Shown: one piece after another, positions 1 through 12,102 of the stretch
Layout of the letters: every line of letters begins with the position of its first letter
Numbering within the stretch: position 1 is the first letter of the stretch
DNA from: Patellaria atrata CBS 101060
Lineage: Eukaryota
Length of the DNA stretch: 64,000 nucleotides
Reading direction: 5' to 3'
Assembly: GCA_010093705.1 (NCBI GenBank)
Contig: MU006102.1
Coordinates: forward strand, 567,548 to 631,547
Program-made: the position numbers and the translations under genes
The notes under the pieces: model-generated
Database searches by the model: none
What the model was told of the DNA's origin: nothing
What the model saw: only the letters and a program-made list of their open reading frames with translations

Positions 1-60
1 TTTTTAGCCCACCCTGTATATTCAAAATCTGTTTGGTAAATTGCAATGCGGGAGACGTAC

Positions 61-506
61 TCAACATCGTGCTCGAACTTCCACCCGCACCTGCAGCTCT
101 GGTGGAGCTCGGCCGGGCATTTGCAACCTTGTCTGCGCGGTCCGCGGCCGCTCTTCTCCTGATAGCGGTCGCGGGACCACCTGGTGGTTTTGGGGAGGAA
201 GGACGGGCAGTCGTTGCCCCGGGAGTCCCCACGGGGGAGTTTACTGGAGAATCGGGACGAGGAGAGGACTGTTGTATGTATGTTAGTTCCGCGTTTTCAA
301 TGGTGACTGAAGACAAGAGGTTGAATCATGTATTGAGCAAATTGAAAGACTAAAGATGAATACAATCAAGGAATAACGGCGTTTTTGAGCTCGAGGAGCG
401 CACATATGTTCCACAACCCGGAAGTACGAAGAGGTGTGACGGAAAAGGACGTAAATTGTGGCTGCATTGCGCTTCAAACCATGGGATGCTAGCAAAGACT
501 TACCAT
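61..506 (-). CDS. SBH1: Sec61 translocon beta subunit, partial (last exon lies beyond the left edge)
   Basis: ATG-only exon 506-504 (ATG|gtaagt), intron 503-269 (ctaac...caacag), exon 268-61 reads SSPRPDSPVNSPVGTPGATTARPSSPKPPGGPATAIRRRAAADRADKVANARPSSTRAAGAGGSSSTML, the typical fungal Sec61-beta N-terminus; next donor gtacgt at 60. Not present in the ORF track. Confidence 0.9.
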
Positions 507-1276
507 CTTGATGTGAGTATAGGTAAATCAGGAAGCTTCAAAATGATATTGACGGGAATATCAGTTCGGTTGAGAGCGAGCGACGTTGATTTCGGTTTAT
601 GTGTGAGGTCGGGGGACTTTGTTCTAAGGCCACGGTTCTGGAAATCTACATGCCAAGACCCGCGCGACTGGAGTTGTCGCCGCATTTTACAGGAGAATGC
701 TCGTCGCACCCCTTATATCACAAATTAGACCATTTAACACAATTATGGAGTAGAAACCGTTTATCGTCACACAGAATCATTTTAATCGGTAGCTATATAG
801 ACCCTGAATGACTTTTCCCATTTTAATACCCACCTTACTTACCCATTGCCCCCTCCCCCCCCTAAAACAAATCAATGTACAGTACAGCCCAGACATTAAA
901 ACGCAAGTACAAAAGTGAAAGACAACCTGTACCGCATAAAACCATTCCCAGTACAACCATAAAAAGGGAAAACAAAACTGAGAGATAACCCGGATTTCGA
1001 CAAAACTCCGACACAAAAAAGGTTCGAAAATAATCCCATCCAACTCGATGCCACCATCACCACATGCACATCCATTCTGCTCCGCAGAGGTCCAATATAA
1101 TCCCGATAGGAGCGCACGAAAAAAAAATTGTGAGCGGACCTAAAATGCAAGTATTCCGCGCACGGAAATGATACCCTCACCGTATCCACCCAAGGAAGAC
1201 CGACACTAAATGCCCTTGACACCTGAAATGCAGAAACTCCAGATGTATGTGAACTCCACAACCGTAAATCACACAT

Positions 1277-2842
1277 CTATCCCCAAACAGAGGCCTGAAC
1301 ACCAAGGTTTTTCGATGATCCCCAAACACCGCTATTACTGCCCCAGCCGAGGCCAACACCCTTATCCGCCACTGAGGATGATGGGTTGGAAGAAGTAGAA
1401 GTAGATCGTTCATTGTTATTACTATTTCCGTTATTATTATTCGCATCGCTAGCGCTGAAACCATAGCTCAAGGGAGATGGTAATGGAGTGGTGGAGCGCT
1501 TGTTCAGAGCTGGATTCACAGCTTGGTTTTGAGCCTGAGCTGGACGAGTACCAATGGGCGCAACACCAGCGGATGTCTGTTGTCCCTTAGATCCAGATCG
1601 AGGGGGTGAGCCACCAGGAGAGGAGGCTGATGTTCGGCTCGACTGCTGAGCATTCTCGAACAAGCTAAAAGCAGTGTTATTGTTCGAGGTGGAGGAAGGA
1701 GAGTTGCTGTTAGCGCGGGCATCTTGTTGCCCAGTTGCTCCTTCCCGACCGGGCATTTGGTCCCGTGGCATTTGGACAGCACCTGGAGCGTTGTTTTGAC
1801 CTTGCATACCGAAAGGATCGAAGGCAAGAGGGGAGTTGCCACGGACGTCACCGGTGGCCGCGTTGACACGAGCATCTTGACTGGTTGGGCGTTGCGGGGG
1901 GTTGTTTTCCCCGTACAAGGAGGCTTCGTTCCCGTAGAGAGCACGGTGCTGTCGGTTCAAAAGCTCACGGCGATCTTCTTCAGTCATTGCATTTGGACTC
2001 AGTGAGCGATCGGATTTAGCTCCAGACATGTCTGCGAGGAGGCCTGATTTGTTAACCTAATATCCTATTACAAGGGACCACTTGCTGCGTCCTTACTCCT
2101 GTTATACTGTTGCTCCTGATGGTAATTTCGCAGCTCTCTCTCGCGTTGTGCGGCCATACGACGTTTTGCCTGCACTGTTTGATCATCATTCCCACGTGGC
2201 GCAAAGCGCTGATTTGCATAAAAGTTTTGAAGGTTGGAGGCAGAATGTGGTCGCATGGCGTCGTAATCGCTCACTGAATGATGACGGGAGGGGCCAGCTT
2301 CCGAGATATTAGCTTAGTGGCAGTAAGGGTTGTATGAGAAAGTTACTCACGGTACTCATTAAATGGGGGACGAGCTCCTGGAGCAGGCATGGAGTCTCGC
2401 CGACCAGGTGTTCCAGGTAGCGGATACATTTTGCCACTTTTCAACAAGTTATCAGATGCTCTCTCAATTTCTGTTATTCTTTCTATTAGTACCAGCTTTA
2501 TTTCAAGTTGTGTTTGAATGCAGAGATATGGAGTTATCGAAGGGTTGAGAGGCAGCATGAAGGTGCTGGTTGGGTAAGGGGTAGAGGTATCAAGGAGGTT
2601 GTTGAGGCATACCTTCGAATTGAGAAGCAAAAGCGGTGGAATCATCTCTTTGGACGGTAGAACTGGTCCCTTATACCAAATGTTAGTAGTGTTTACTTTA
2701 AAAAAAAAATTAAAAAAAAAATAGGAAATGGTATCTTACCAGATCTCGAAGGAGGAGGTTGCTGTTGAGCCTGTTCCCAGGACGGTTGACGCCCTGGACC
2801 AGAGGCCCACTGCCCACTTCCATCGTTGTAATATGAGGACAT
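1277..2842 (-). CDS. Conserved fungal hypothetical protein, multi-exon, Q/N/S-rich with short coiled coil
   Basis: Consecutive minus-strand exons joined by GT-AG introns: MSSYYNDGSGQWASGPGRQPSWEQ..., EIERASDNLLKSGK..., QAKRRMAAQRERELRNYHQEQQYNR, MTEEDRRELLNRQHRALYG...LGVQASVWG*. Confidence 0.75.
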
Positions 2843-3864
2843 GTCAAGTACACCTAGGTACTGATGGTGATCGAGAGAGATCGAGAGAAGGGGTTTTCGC
2901 AAAGATGGCGATCCGTAGATCAGGGGAACGCCAGAAACTTTTGGTTCACCAACAAGGTTAGCAGAATGAAACCCGATAGGAGACAAAACTGCGATGGTAT
3001 TAAGTAGAAAGATGTATGTACAGAAAGTGTAGTAGGTTGGAGTGAGATTCGTCAGAGGGAAAGTTGGTTTTCGCAAGGGAAAACTTTCTGGATAGCCGAA
3101 CCAACTGGAGATCTCGGCGTGGATGCAACGCAACTTACCTATTGTGGAAGGAGCGACGAGTGCTGAACTCGAAAGAGAAACAGCGACACACACAGGAGGG
3201 AGAAGGAGAGAGAGGACGGGAAAGGACGAGCTGGAGGTGTTGTCGGGTATATTATAGAAGAAAGAAGATGAATGAGAAAACGAAGAGGGAAGTGGAGATA
3301 GGAGAGCACTTGGGCTGCGCTAGGGTTGTCGGAAATGATCTTGAAGGGTCCGTGTCAGTTTGCGCTTTGGCGGCAGCAATATATCTACAGTAAGAGTATA
3401 TCAGATTTTGCGAGATTCTGCAGTTACTGTACCTTTACAAAATCGCTCTTCCTGATATAGATGTCGGGGTTTGGAACTGAAACTCTGGACCGTACGGTAC
3501 TGTATTAGTGCGTCCACGATCGAATATTCCGTCGTTCTAAAATTCTCTTTTTTGACTTCTTTGCGACGTCTTTCTTGGGACTTGGGGCTAATAGCGCTGG
3601 TGGGATTACATGACGAGTTAGTGCAGCTCCGTACAATTTAGAGTCCAAGGTCGATGAGCTCGCCCAAGGCCCAAGCAGGAGGTGCGATGGTGCGGGATTG
3701 ACTGGCATCGTATGCGACTTTTGGCGGGAACTGGGTGTCTGGAAAGGACGGGTCTTTTTACTCGATTCTTTTTGTATGTTCAGGGTTCAAAAATCTCAGC
3801 GGGAGGTTCGCCTTAGGTTAATCGAACCGCATCTGTCTCATATACTTTTGCATTTGTTTAAAAA

Positions 3865-3873
3865 TGTATGTGT

Positions 3874-3909
<36 letters not shown>

Positions 3910-4030
3910 TTATATATGTATGTATGTATGTATATATTGTGCCGAGTATCAAAGCTTTAGTAGACGACTTTTAAAATATCTCTTTTAAAATATCACTTTT
4001 AAAATATCTCTTTTGAAATATCTCTTTTAC
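3865..4030. repeat. (TA)n/(TATG)n microsatellite followed by ~4 copies of a 14-bp unit TTTTAAAATATCTC
   Basis: Directly visible at 3865-3937 and 3969-4030. Confidence 0.9.
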
Positions 4031-6423
4031 CTATCTAACATAATCCACTTAGAATAGTATGTATACTTCAGACTTGCGGAAATCCATCATCAAACAGTAG
4101 CGCCATGAAGCAGAAAGTCATCAGATTCACAGTTCACACAATCAAAATGCACACCCCGCTCCTAAACTGTTCCAATCTCGGTTTGGCTTCTCCCACTCCG
4201 CATGGTACCATTGTGCTTGGCAAAGAACTTTTTCTCCATCGCTAGACAAGCAAGGAGCCAAGGAGCCAAGGATCCAAGGGATTCATTGTAACCGCTGCAC
4301 ATCTTTTTTACTCTTTCCCTCGGTATCGAAGGAAAGTTCTTTGTCCTTGTTCGTCCCGTAAAGTTACTCCAACCTTTTTAAGGGGAATGTCGGATTTATT
4401 TATGTACAAGAAATAGCCTTTTGTCTGTGCTTCTTACCTGGAAACGTCCCCCTCCCGTTGATATTCCCCTCTCCAGTCTCCACTACTAGGCACTTGCTGA
4501 GAGTGCGTATGCACAAGAAGTTGGCGGGTAGCTCATAAATGCTCCAATACGCGTCTGGTCGAGTCTGTACATCATCAACGGTACCGTAGCAGCTCGACTT
4601 AGCCGATGCTCTTATTATATATCCCCAGTAGCCAGCTTATCGGACTGGTCGGTGAGTATGTGAGTATGTGACAACTGTGCAGCGGGAAGAAGGTTGTGTC
4701 AAAAAAAGCGTTGAGCTTCATTGGAAAATCGCGCCACTAACTATCGGTGCAGGCGGTTATAGCGCTAGAACTAACTTTGGGGAAGGAGAATTCGTTGCGG
4801 AAGCCGAATGGAGACCAACTTTCGACATCATGGATCTCAACTGTTGACAGTACATGTACTGCACATGTACAGCTCAAACTGCTGCAATATCATGTGCTAT
4901 TTGCTCTGTACAGTACCGCCGACGCAAGAAAGCAAAGGATCATGCATCACAACTCCGCGCCGTGATGAATGTCTTGAATTTCCACCGAATTTATCCCACC
5001 ACCTGACAATGCGCAGTGCTATGCTACTGTATAGTACTAGGTAGGCGATGCATCTACATATGGCCTGACAAATCGAAAAGCCTCAAGGATAAACATTATC
5101 GACATTGTGGACTCGTCCGCCTTTGACTCTGTGACTTGCTTCCTGAGAAGTGGACGGCAGACTGCAGCCGGATAGAAAATTCCATGGAAGCGGTTGTGTC
5201 ATAGGGCTGCTGGCCTTGTTATAGAGCTCTATCTATCTATCACAAGATTGAGTCCAACATTCATACTTTGACTCATCTCCGCTCATTACCGGTTGGGTTC
5301 TTTTTCGTCGCGAAGCTTTCTTTCTCTACAGAGCAAATAGAAGAATCCCAATAGCTAAGGCAAAGCATAGAAGGTACGGAGTAAGATAACTCGTGCTTAT
5401 TTCTCGTCCAACACTCACTTGCGCATTCCTCTCAACTTATCATTTCTGCCAAGCGCTCTGTGTACTGTTGTGTACCTTGTTCTGTTTCATGAACCATGGT
5501 CAGCATCATCATGAGACGTGCATCTTAAGACAACCTCTCTTCAGTCAGACTTTATAAAAGAAAAGGAAACATCATAGGCATTAAGGTACTGCCATGTCAT
5601 CACCTTATACAGTCAGATCAGGTCCATCCAGGATCGCTACCATGTTTTACATATCACAGCCATCCTCCACGAGCATGGATATCGTGTGCAGTTTGAACAA
5701 ACTCGAAAACAAGGCCTCACAGCCGCCTCAAACTTTGACGCTCGTTTGAACCACTCGCTTTGTATTTTATATACTATAACGTGGGCGGCGAAATATCCCC
5801 AAAGCTGCGTCAGCCCTAGAAAGCCACAACGGTTCAGTCTGCCGCGCCTCACCCTTCGATGGCAAATATCAAACGCAATTTACAATTTATGCGCCTAGTC
5901 TACGAATCACCGTCACGTATACGTCTGATTTGATTACTTTATTGCTTAAACGCTGCTTTGCCGCATGAACTGGACCACACCATTTTCCGAAACGATTTAT
6001 GAAAGTATTTATACCTCGCCAATCTGGGAAGAAGGATTCAACATATGGAACAATATCATCCCAGCAAAGCTTAAGCTGACGCAGTCACAGTGTGACCTGG
6101 TGGACCATAACCTATAAAGACGTTGTCACACTCCTAAGTGGTCATCGCTCCTACCGGAACTGGATGGCTTTATAACATTATCACGCTCTTCTTGCCTCTT
6201 AAGTCTTTTGTTCTTTTACTCTTTCGACAAGTCTCAATACCTATATCCACACGACTGGATTCTCTCTAAGATCCTCTTATATTTCAAGCCTAGACACCTT
6301 CAATCACCTATTGTCTTGGGATAGCCTCTATCCATAATTCCAACATCCAATTTCACCCCATCGAATATTCCCTTAATAAATATCCGCATTCTCTCTACCC
6401 ACTGCATCCTCACATCCTTAAAT

Positions 6424-7302
6424 ATGTCACAAGACACCTCCATCTCCCGTTACCGACCATCTTGTCACAGAGCCACCCTTCTCAACCTCCCCTTAGAACT
6501 TCACCTTCTGATAAAATCCTACCTTTCAACCACCTCCTGCTTCTCCCTCGCACTTTCCCATCGCACCTTCTACAACTCTCTCTTTCTCCTAAAACCCACC
6601 TTCATCACCTACGACAAGGAGCATCAATGTATCCGAGCAACAATCGGGTACTACATCTCCACCATCCGCACCCTCGACGTCCGTTCCTCCACACGCGACA
6701 GAGATCAAACCGCGGACACACGAGTAAGATGTAGAGTCTGCAAGCAGAGATACGAACCAAGCATGTATCCATCCGGCACGGGAACTCTCCCTTCCAAACG
6801 TGCCAACGCCAACAACGAGAATAAGAAAACCCCAGCCCACGCCACCACGACCGGCGCCATGCACATGTCTCTCCCCCCGCGCGTCTGCGTCTGGTGTACG
6901 GACAAATTCGTCATCGCATACCGCCGTCCCACCTCTGCCAGTCTTCCCCGGTGGACAGTGATGCAGCAGCCGTTTTGTCTGCACCATGGCGGCTTCGTCG
7001 GGAAAGACTCCGGGCCTTTGGAGCACGGGCATGTAGATGAGAGGTACAGTCCCTGCGCGTGCGCGGATTGTGCTGTCGTCATCGCTCCGCAGTATATACG
7101 CTGGTTGGACCAGAACGAGCCGTGGACGAACAATATGGGATGGCAGTTTTTCCTGCGGAACGGGGATATGTGGGTTCGGGAGGGAAGGAAGGAGACGAAG
7201 GTTCAGAGGGGGGTGAGGGGGAGGGATGAGGTTGGTATGCATGAGTGGATGAGGGAGAGGCATTGGGGACCCTTTTGTGGGATTGTTGGGGTGGGCGGTT
7301 AG
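6424..7302 (+). CDS. F-box-like protein (292 aa) with Cys/His-rich C-terminal region
   Basis: Intronless ORF; LLNLPLELHLLIKSYLS...SLALS matches the F-box consensus; CRVC, CVWC, CLHH, CACADC motifs follow. Confidence 0.7.
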   Translation: MSQDTSISRYRPSCHRATLLNLPLELHLLIKSYLSTTSCFSLALSHRTFYNSLFLLKPTFITYDKEHQCIRATIGYYISTIRTLDVRSSTRDRDQTADTRVRCRVCKQRYEPSMYPSGTGTLPSKRANANNENKKTPAHATTTGAMHMSLPPRVCVWCTDKFVIAYRRPTSASLPRWTVMQQPFCLHHGGFVGKDSGPLEHGHVDERYSPCACADCAVVIAPQYIRWLDQNEPWTNNMGWQFFLRNGDMWVREGRKETKVQRGVRGRDEVGMHEWMRERHWGPFCGIVGVGG

Positions 7303-7632
7303 AGCTGGATGTAGTGTAGTTGCTAAATTGATATACATGGGTACTTGCCTGTTTGAAATGTGTTCTTTTCGTCAGCGATGCCGGTCACCTTCAAAAAGTA
7401 ACCTTCTGCACCATACAGACGTGTATGCTTCTAATTGAGGTTTGTTTAGAGTCTATAGCAGCGTACTCAAATATCCTCATCCTCTATCCCGCTTCACGCA
7501 AGCCGAGGGGAAATCACTGTAGTGACGGTACGGTACGGTATTGTACGGTACGTATAATACCACCTCAAACGCTCAACTCGATATCAACACAATTCTCGCA
7601 CTTCTCTCTCATCCTATCCCATTCAACGCCCA

Positions 7633-7732
7633 NNNNNNNNNNNNNNNNNNNNNNNNNNNNNNNNNNNNNNNNNNNNNNNNNNNNNNNNNNNNNNNNNNNN
7701 NNNNNNNNNNNNNNNNNNNNNNNNNNNNNNNN
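7633..7732. other. Assembly gap (100 N)
   Basis: Run of exactly 100 n, a conventional unknown-size scaffold gap. Confidence 0.99.
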
Positions 7733-7834
7733 CTATGAACTGACTCCTTATGATGCGTGTACAGTTCCCTACAGCATACCCGCCTTCCCAACAAACCAGC
7801 CCGACCCTTCTCCTCTGTCCTTCGCACCTAACGA

Positions 7835-9850
7835 TATTCGGTTTGCGATTCGGGGAGTGGGTATGGTTCGTGATTCGGCTTCTGGTTGTGAATTAGTGAT
7901 TCGGCGACTGGGTGTGGTTCGGGGTTCTAGATGATTCGCTGATAGTTCTAATCATTCTCTGATGGTTCTTGGACTTCGGTAATGGGTCTTAGGATACAGC
8001 AATAGCTCTCGCGAATGGTTAATAGCTCTTATGAATCGGCCATAATCAGGCTACTGGTTACGGTTCAGCGATTCACTGATAGTTCTAAACACTCGGTGAT
8101 GGTTCTAATCGTTGATAGCTTTTACGGACCGTTGGTGGCTCTTGGGCCTATATAATAGCCCTTATAATTTGGTGGTTCTCCTATTCGGGCCGGGCCTTAC
8201 GATTCGACGATCCGGTTATGGCTTTCCCGATTCGGCCCTTATTTACGATTCGCTAATAGCTTTTAGGATTCCGTAATATGATTCTTCGTTACGATTCGGA
8301 TCCTAGTTATAATTTAGCAGTTCAGCGACTGGTTGCAGTTCGGTGATTCGGTATAGTTACGGTTCAGCCATTCGGCTCCTTGGTTTTTTAGTAATAGCTT
8401 CTAGAATTCGGAAATGGCTCTAACGATTCGGTTATGGCACTCATGATTCAATTATAGCCCTTAGAACTTAGTAATATCTTTTACGAATTAGTGATAGCTC
8501 TTACGATCCGGTTATGGCTCTCGCGATTCGGCCCATAGTTACGATTCGCTGATAGCTTTTAGGATTCGTCAATAGCTTTTTAGATTCGCTAATAGCTCTT
8601 ACAAATTGTTAATACTTCTTAGTATTCGCTAATGGTACTTACGATTCGGTAATGCCTTTTGCGAATCGGTTATGGCTCTCCCGATTCGGCCCTTATTTAT
8701 AATTCGGAAACGGTTTTAACGATTCGGTAATGGCTCTTATAATTCGGCGAAGCTTATAGAACTCGGTTATAGCTCTCAGAATATAGTAATGACTTTTGCG
8801 AATCAGTGGTGTCTCTTACAAATCGGCTTAAGTCTTGATTATAGTTCGCCTCCCAGTTATGATTCGGCGATTCGGAAATAGTTCTTATGATTCCGGTTTC
8901 AGTTACGATTCGCTGTTGGTTTAAGGATTCGCTGATACTCTTATAATATACTAATAGCTCTTGCGAATCGGGCATGGCTCTCACAATCCGGTTATAGGTC
9001 TTACGAAGGCTCTTATAATTCGGCGAATAGGTATAACTCGGCGACTAGATACGATTCGGAAATGGCTCTAACTATTCAATTCTACGATTCGGTGATTCTT
9101 TTATTCGGGTCCTACAAAGTACGATTCGGTGATTCTCCTATTCGGCGACTAGCTACAATTCGGCTACTGGGTACGGTTCAGTGATTCGGAAATAGCTCTA
9201 ATCATTCGCTAATAGCTCTTATAGTTCGGCAATACCTCTTAGAATACGCTAATAGTTCTTGCGATCGTGTAGTGGCTCTTGCGATTTAGTTATAGCTCTT
9301 GCGATTCGGCGACCAGGTACGGCTATAATTCGATGATAGCTCTTATCATTCGCTAATAGCTCTTAGGATTTTGCTATAGCTCTTAGAATTCGGTGATACC
9401 TCCCGCGAACTAGTGGTGGCTCTTGCGATTCGGTTATGGGCTCTCGCAATTCGGGTCTCAGTTACGGTTCGGTGATTCGGAAATACGTCTTATCATTCGC
9501 CAATAGCTCTTCCAGTTCAGTAATAGCTCTTAGAATCCAGTGATAGCTTCCGCGAATCAGAAGTGGCTCTCACGATTCGGTTATGGCTCTTGCGATTCAG
9601 CGACTGGGTACGGCTACGATTTGCTGATAGCTCTTACGGTTCGGCGATCGCCTGGACGGTTCGGTGATCTAACTCTTAGTTACGGTTCGCCTCCTAGTTA
9701 TAATATATCGATTCGGCGACTGGGTACGATTCGAGGTTTTGCGATTCGGGTGTTGGTTATGATTCGGCGATTCGGGTGTTGGTTACGGTTCGGTTGCGAT
9801 TCGGCGATTCGGGTCCTGGTTCCGATTCGGGTTTTGGATTGGATTGAGGT
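7835..9850. repeat. Degenerate ~20-bp minisatellite (consensus about GATTCGGTRATRGCTCTTRC) with ~290-300 bp higher-order repeats
   Basis: Successive 20-mers from ~8583: gattcgctaatagctcttac / aaattgttaatacttcttag / tattcgctaatggtacttac / gattcggtaatgccttttgc / gaatcggttatggctctccc; the gattcgg core recurs along the whole interval in one orientation. Confidence 0.92.
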
Positions 9851-10145
9851 GAGTTGAGTTGACTTGCACTGGCTATGATTTGAATCGAGTCATATACTCC
9901 ACCACCAAATGCACGGTACTAACTCATATCACTCAACCACACCAACACATAAAAGAATTGATTCATTCTGTCAAACTGGGTATATCCACCAATTACACCA
10001 TCGCCCTTCCTCTTCCCGTGTTTTCCCATGCCCCGAAAATGTCTCCTACCTCTTAGCCGTGCAGACAGTACAAGGAACGCCATCTAAAGAAAGCCGTCAC
10101 ACCAAATCCTTTTCACCTCCACCCTCAACCCCCCAACCCATACTC

Positions 10146-11156
10146 CTAATCCAACAACCCTCTCCCCAACCAATCCCTCTTTCCCCCTTCCCTCTCCCTC
10201 TCCCTCATCCCTACCATCTCTTCCTCAGCCCCACCTTCCCTCATATTCTCCCTACGTTCCCTCCTCCCAAGCACACCCGCAAACTCCCTCACCCTCAGCG
10301 CAGCCCACCACTGCGCGCCCGTGACACCAATAACAACCATTCCAAAAAAAGCATACAGAGTCCACAAGATGAGGGAGCACGTCTGCGGCGTCCAGTGGTC
10401 TGCGAGCCAGGCATCGATGAGAGCGTCTTCGTCTGCAGAGGGAGTGGAGAGGTCGATGCTATGGGCCTGGTGACGGGCGATTTTGGGAGAGAGCGGAAGT
10501 TGAGCGGATGAGGGGCTCGAGGGTGCGGAGACGCAGAGGGAGGAGGGGAGGGAGAGAGTTAGGAGGAGAAGGGCGAGACGGGGAAGGGTGGAGAGGAGGG
10601 AGTCGAGAAGGAGGTGGTTTGCAAAGATTGTGGTTGGAGTTGAGGAGGCCTGGGAGGGTTAGTTGTTGGAAATGCCGAGATGTGCAAAATGGGGAACGAA
10701 GGGGCGGTGACGATGAGGAGTGGATGCTAGAGATGGGGGATGATGCTGGGGGACTGAGAGTAGGGATGCCCACCTTCAAAGCTCCCCAGAGTCCAAGAAT
10801 GCAAGCTCCGCAGGCAAAGCCTGAGTATAGTCTGAAGCTATAGCCGGTCCTCCATTCGTTTGGGAGGTACTGAGTCAAATATGCAGAAACGGCGTTGACG
10901 ATGAAGGCGATGACGCTGACGCAGATAGTGAGACGCCTGCTTTCTATCAGTAAAGGGCCACTTCACCAACGCGTGGATATCATGAGAGATGGCACTGGGA
11001 AAGGGTTGACGATAAATCGTGGTTCGTAGTAATGTGGAGCTTTCTCTCAAAACGCCACGGTGGAGCTCTCCAACTACCTCTACAATGCTGATTGAACTTG
11101 GGTGAGAGGTAACAACTATATCGTACATACCTTCCTCGATACATAGAACAGCCCAT
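10146..11156 (-). CDS. Small multi-pass (about 4 TM) membrane protein of unknown function, 3 exons
   Basis: Exons 11156-11131, 10936-10774, 10649-10146 with canonical splice sites give MGCSMYRGRRLTICVSVIAFIVNAVSAYLTQYLPNEW...FACGACILGLWGALK|ASSTPTTIFANHLLLDSLL...CSLILWTLYAFFGMVVIGVTGAQWWAALRVREF... Confidence 0.65.
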
Positions 11157-12102
11157 TCTATAACTCTTCTGAGTATTCCCCTTAGAGCCTCTTCAATCGC
11201 GTCTCCGTCGTCTTCTCTCGTGTTATATAAATTTTGCCTGCCCGCAGCAGCTCGTCCGGTAACGTCCCACTCGAGCTCCGAAAGCTCTCAGAACAACAAC
11301 GAAGACCGAAGCTCAAGTAAGATCGAACGAGCGCAAGGAATAAATGCTTGCGTGAGTTCCGGCTCACTATTTGGTTCTCGAACTTCTCTCGCGAAAGAGA
11401 TATGTTTGAGAGTTTGCTAGAAGGTCCGGCCAGCAGCGGGTTTTCAATGTTATAGAATGAGGTGGTAAAGTTATTGATGACCTCAGGGTGATTTTGTAAG
11501 CTTGAGACTAGTCTGGACTAGTTAAGGACTAGTTACCCGACAGCATCCGCCACGGCCGATCATCCGGGGCACGCCAATCAAAGTGGCGTTTACTCACCAT
11601 ACCGTAAACATCGAAGAATCAACTCAAATTGTAACATTTCGCTATCGTATTCACGAATTCTATGGGTTCCGCTCACCGCATTTCGATATTGTTAACTTGT
11701 TATCAAGGAAACACGTTTTACGTTCATATCTCCATTGGACCTCAGTCAGTGTAATAGGTTCTTTCAACTGGCGTCAAATGTTTATGGGCGCTTGATGTTT
11801 CACGACTCATGAGAGGCTCAATTTCTAAGCGTCAAGTAGTCAAGCCAAGAAGCGAAACGCGTGTTCTGATAATGCTGCGCAAGTGTTGCGTTATTGGTAG
11901 TCATTATTGCTGGTTTTATCAGAGCCAATTCTCAAAATAATGTAGTATGAAACGAGAGAGTGAGGTCATCGGGAAAAGATTCAGAATAAGTCAGTTTGAT
12001 TCAGTTTTGCTCAGGTGTTGAAATGGGTTCCCCGATACGGATGTATCCACTTAACCTAAGGTATCTACGAGCTTGGTTCCACTAAGGTATTCGTATAGAC
12101 TT

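Noticed and set aside
504..506. ATG-only first exons in Sec61-beta and calmodulin
   Set aside because: A well-known, common gene structure in fungi.
4431..4445. CTTACCTGG resembling the U1 snRNA 5' end
   Set aside because: Lacks the leading ATA and no U1 stem-loops or Sm site are evident downstream.
6589..7338. 249 aa antisense ORF over the F-box gene and similar shadow ORFs (15632-16045, 20852-21451, 43433-44535, 49564-50417)
   Set aside because: Explained by C/G-skewed codon usage of the real gene; low-complexity products with no motifs.
7835..9850. CRISPR array or repeat-protein gene (ORFs 8754-8984, 9540-9857)
   Set aside because: Units are contiguous and degenerate with no unique spacers, context is eukaryotic, the 20-bp period is not a multiple of 3 and all frames carry frequent stops.
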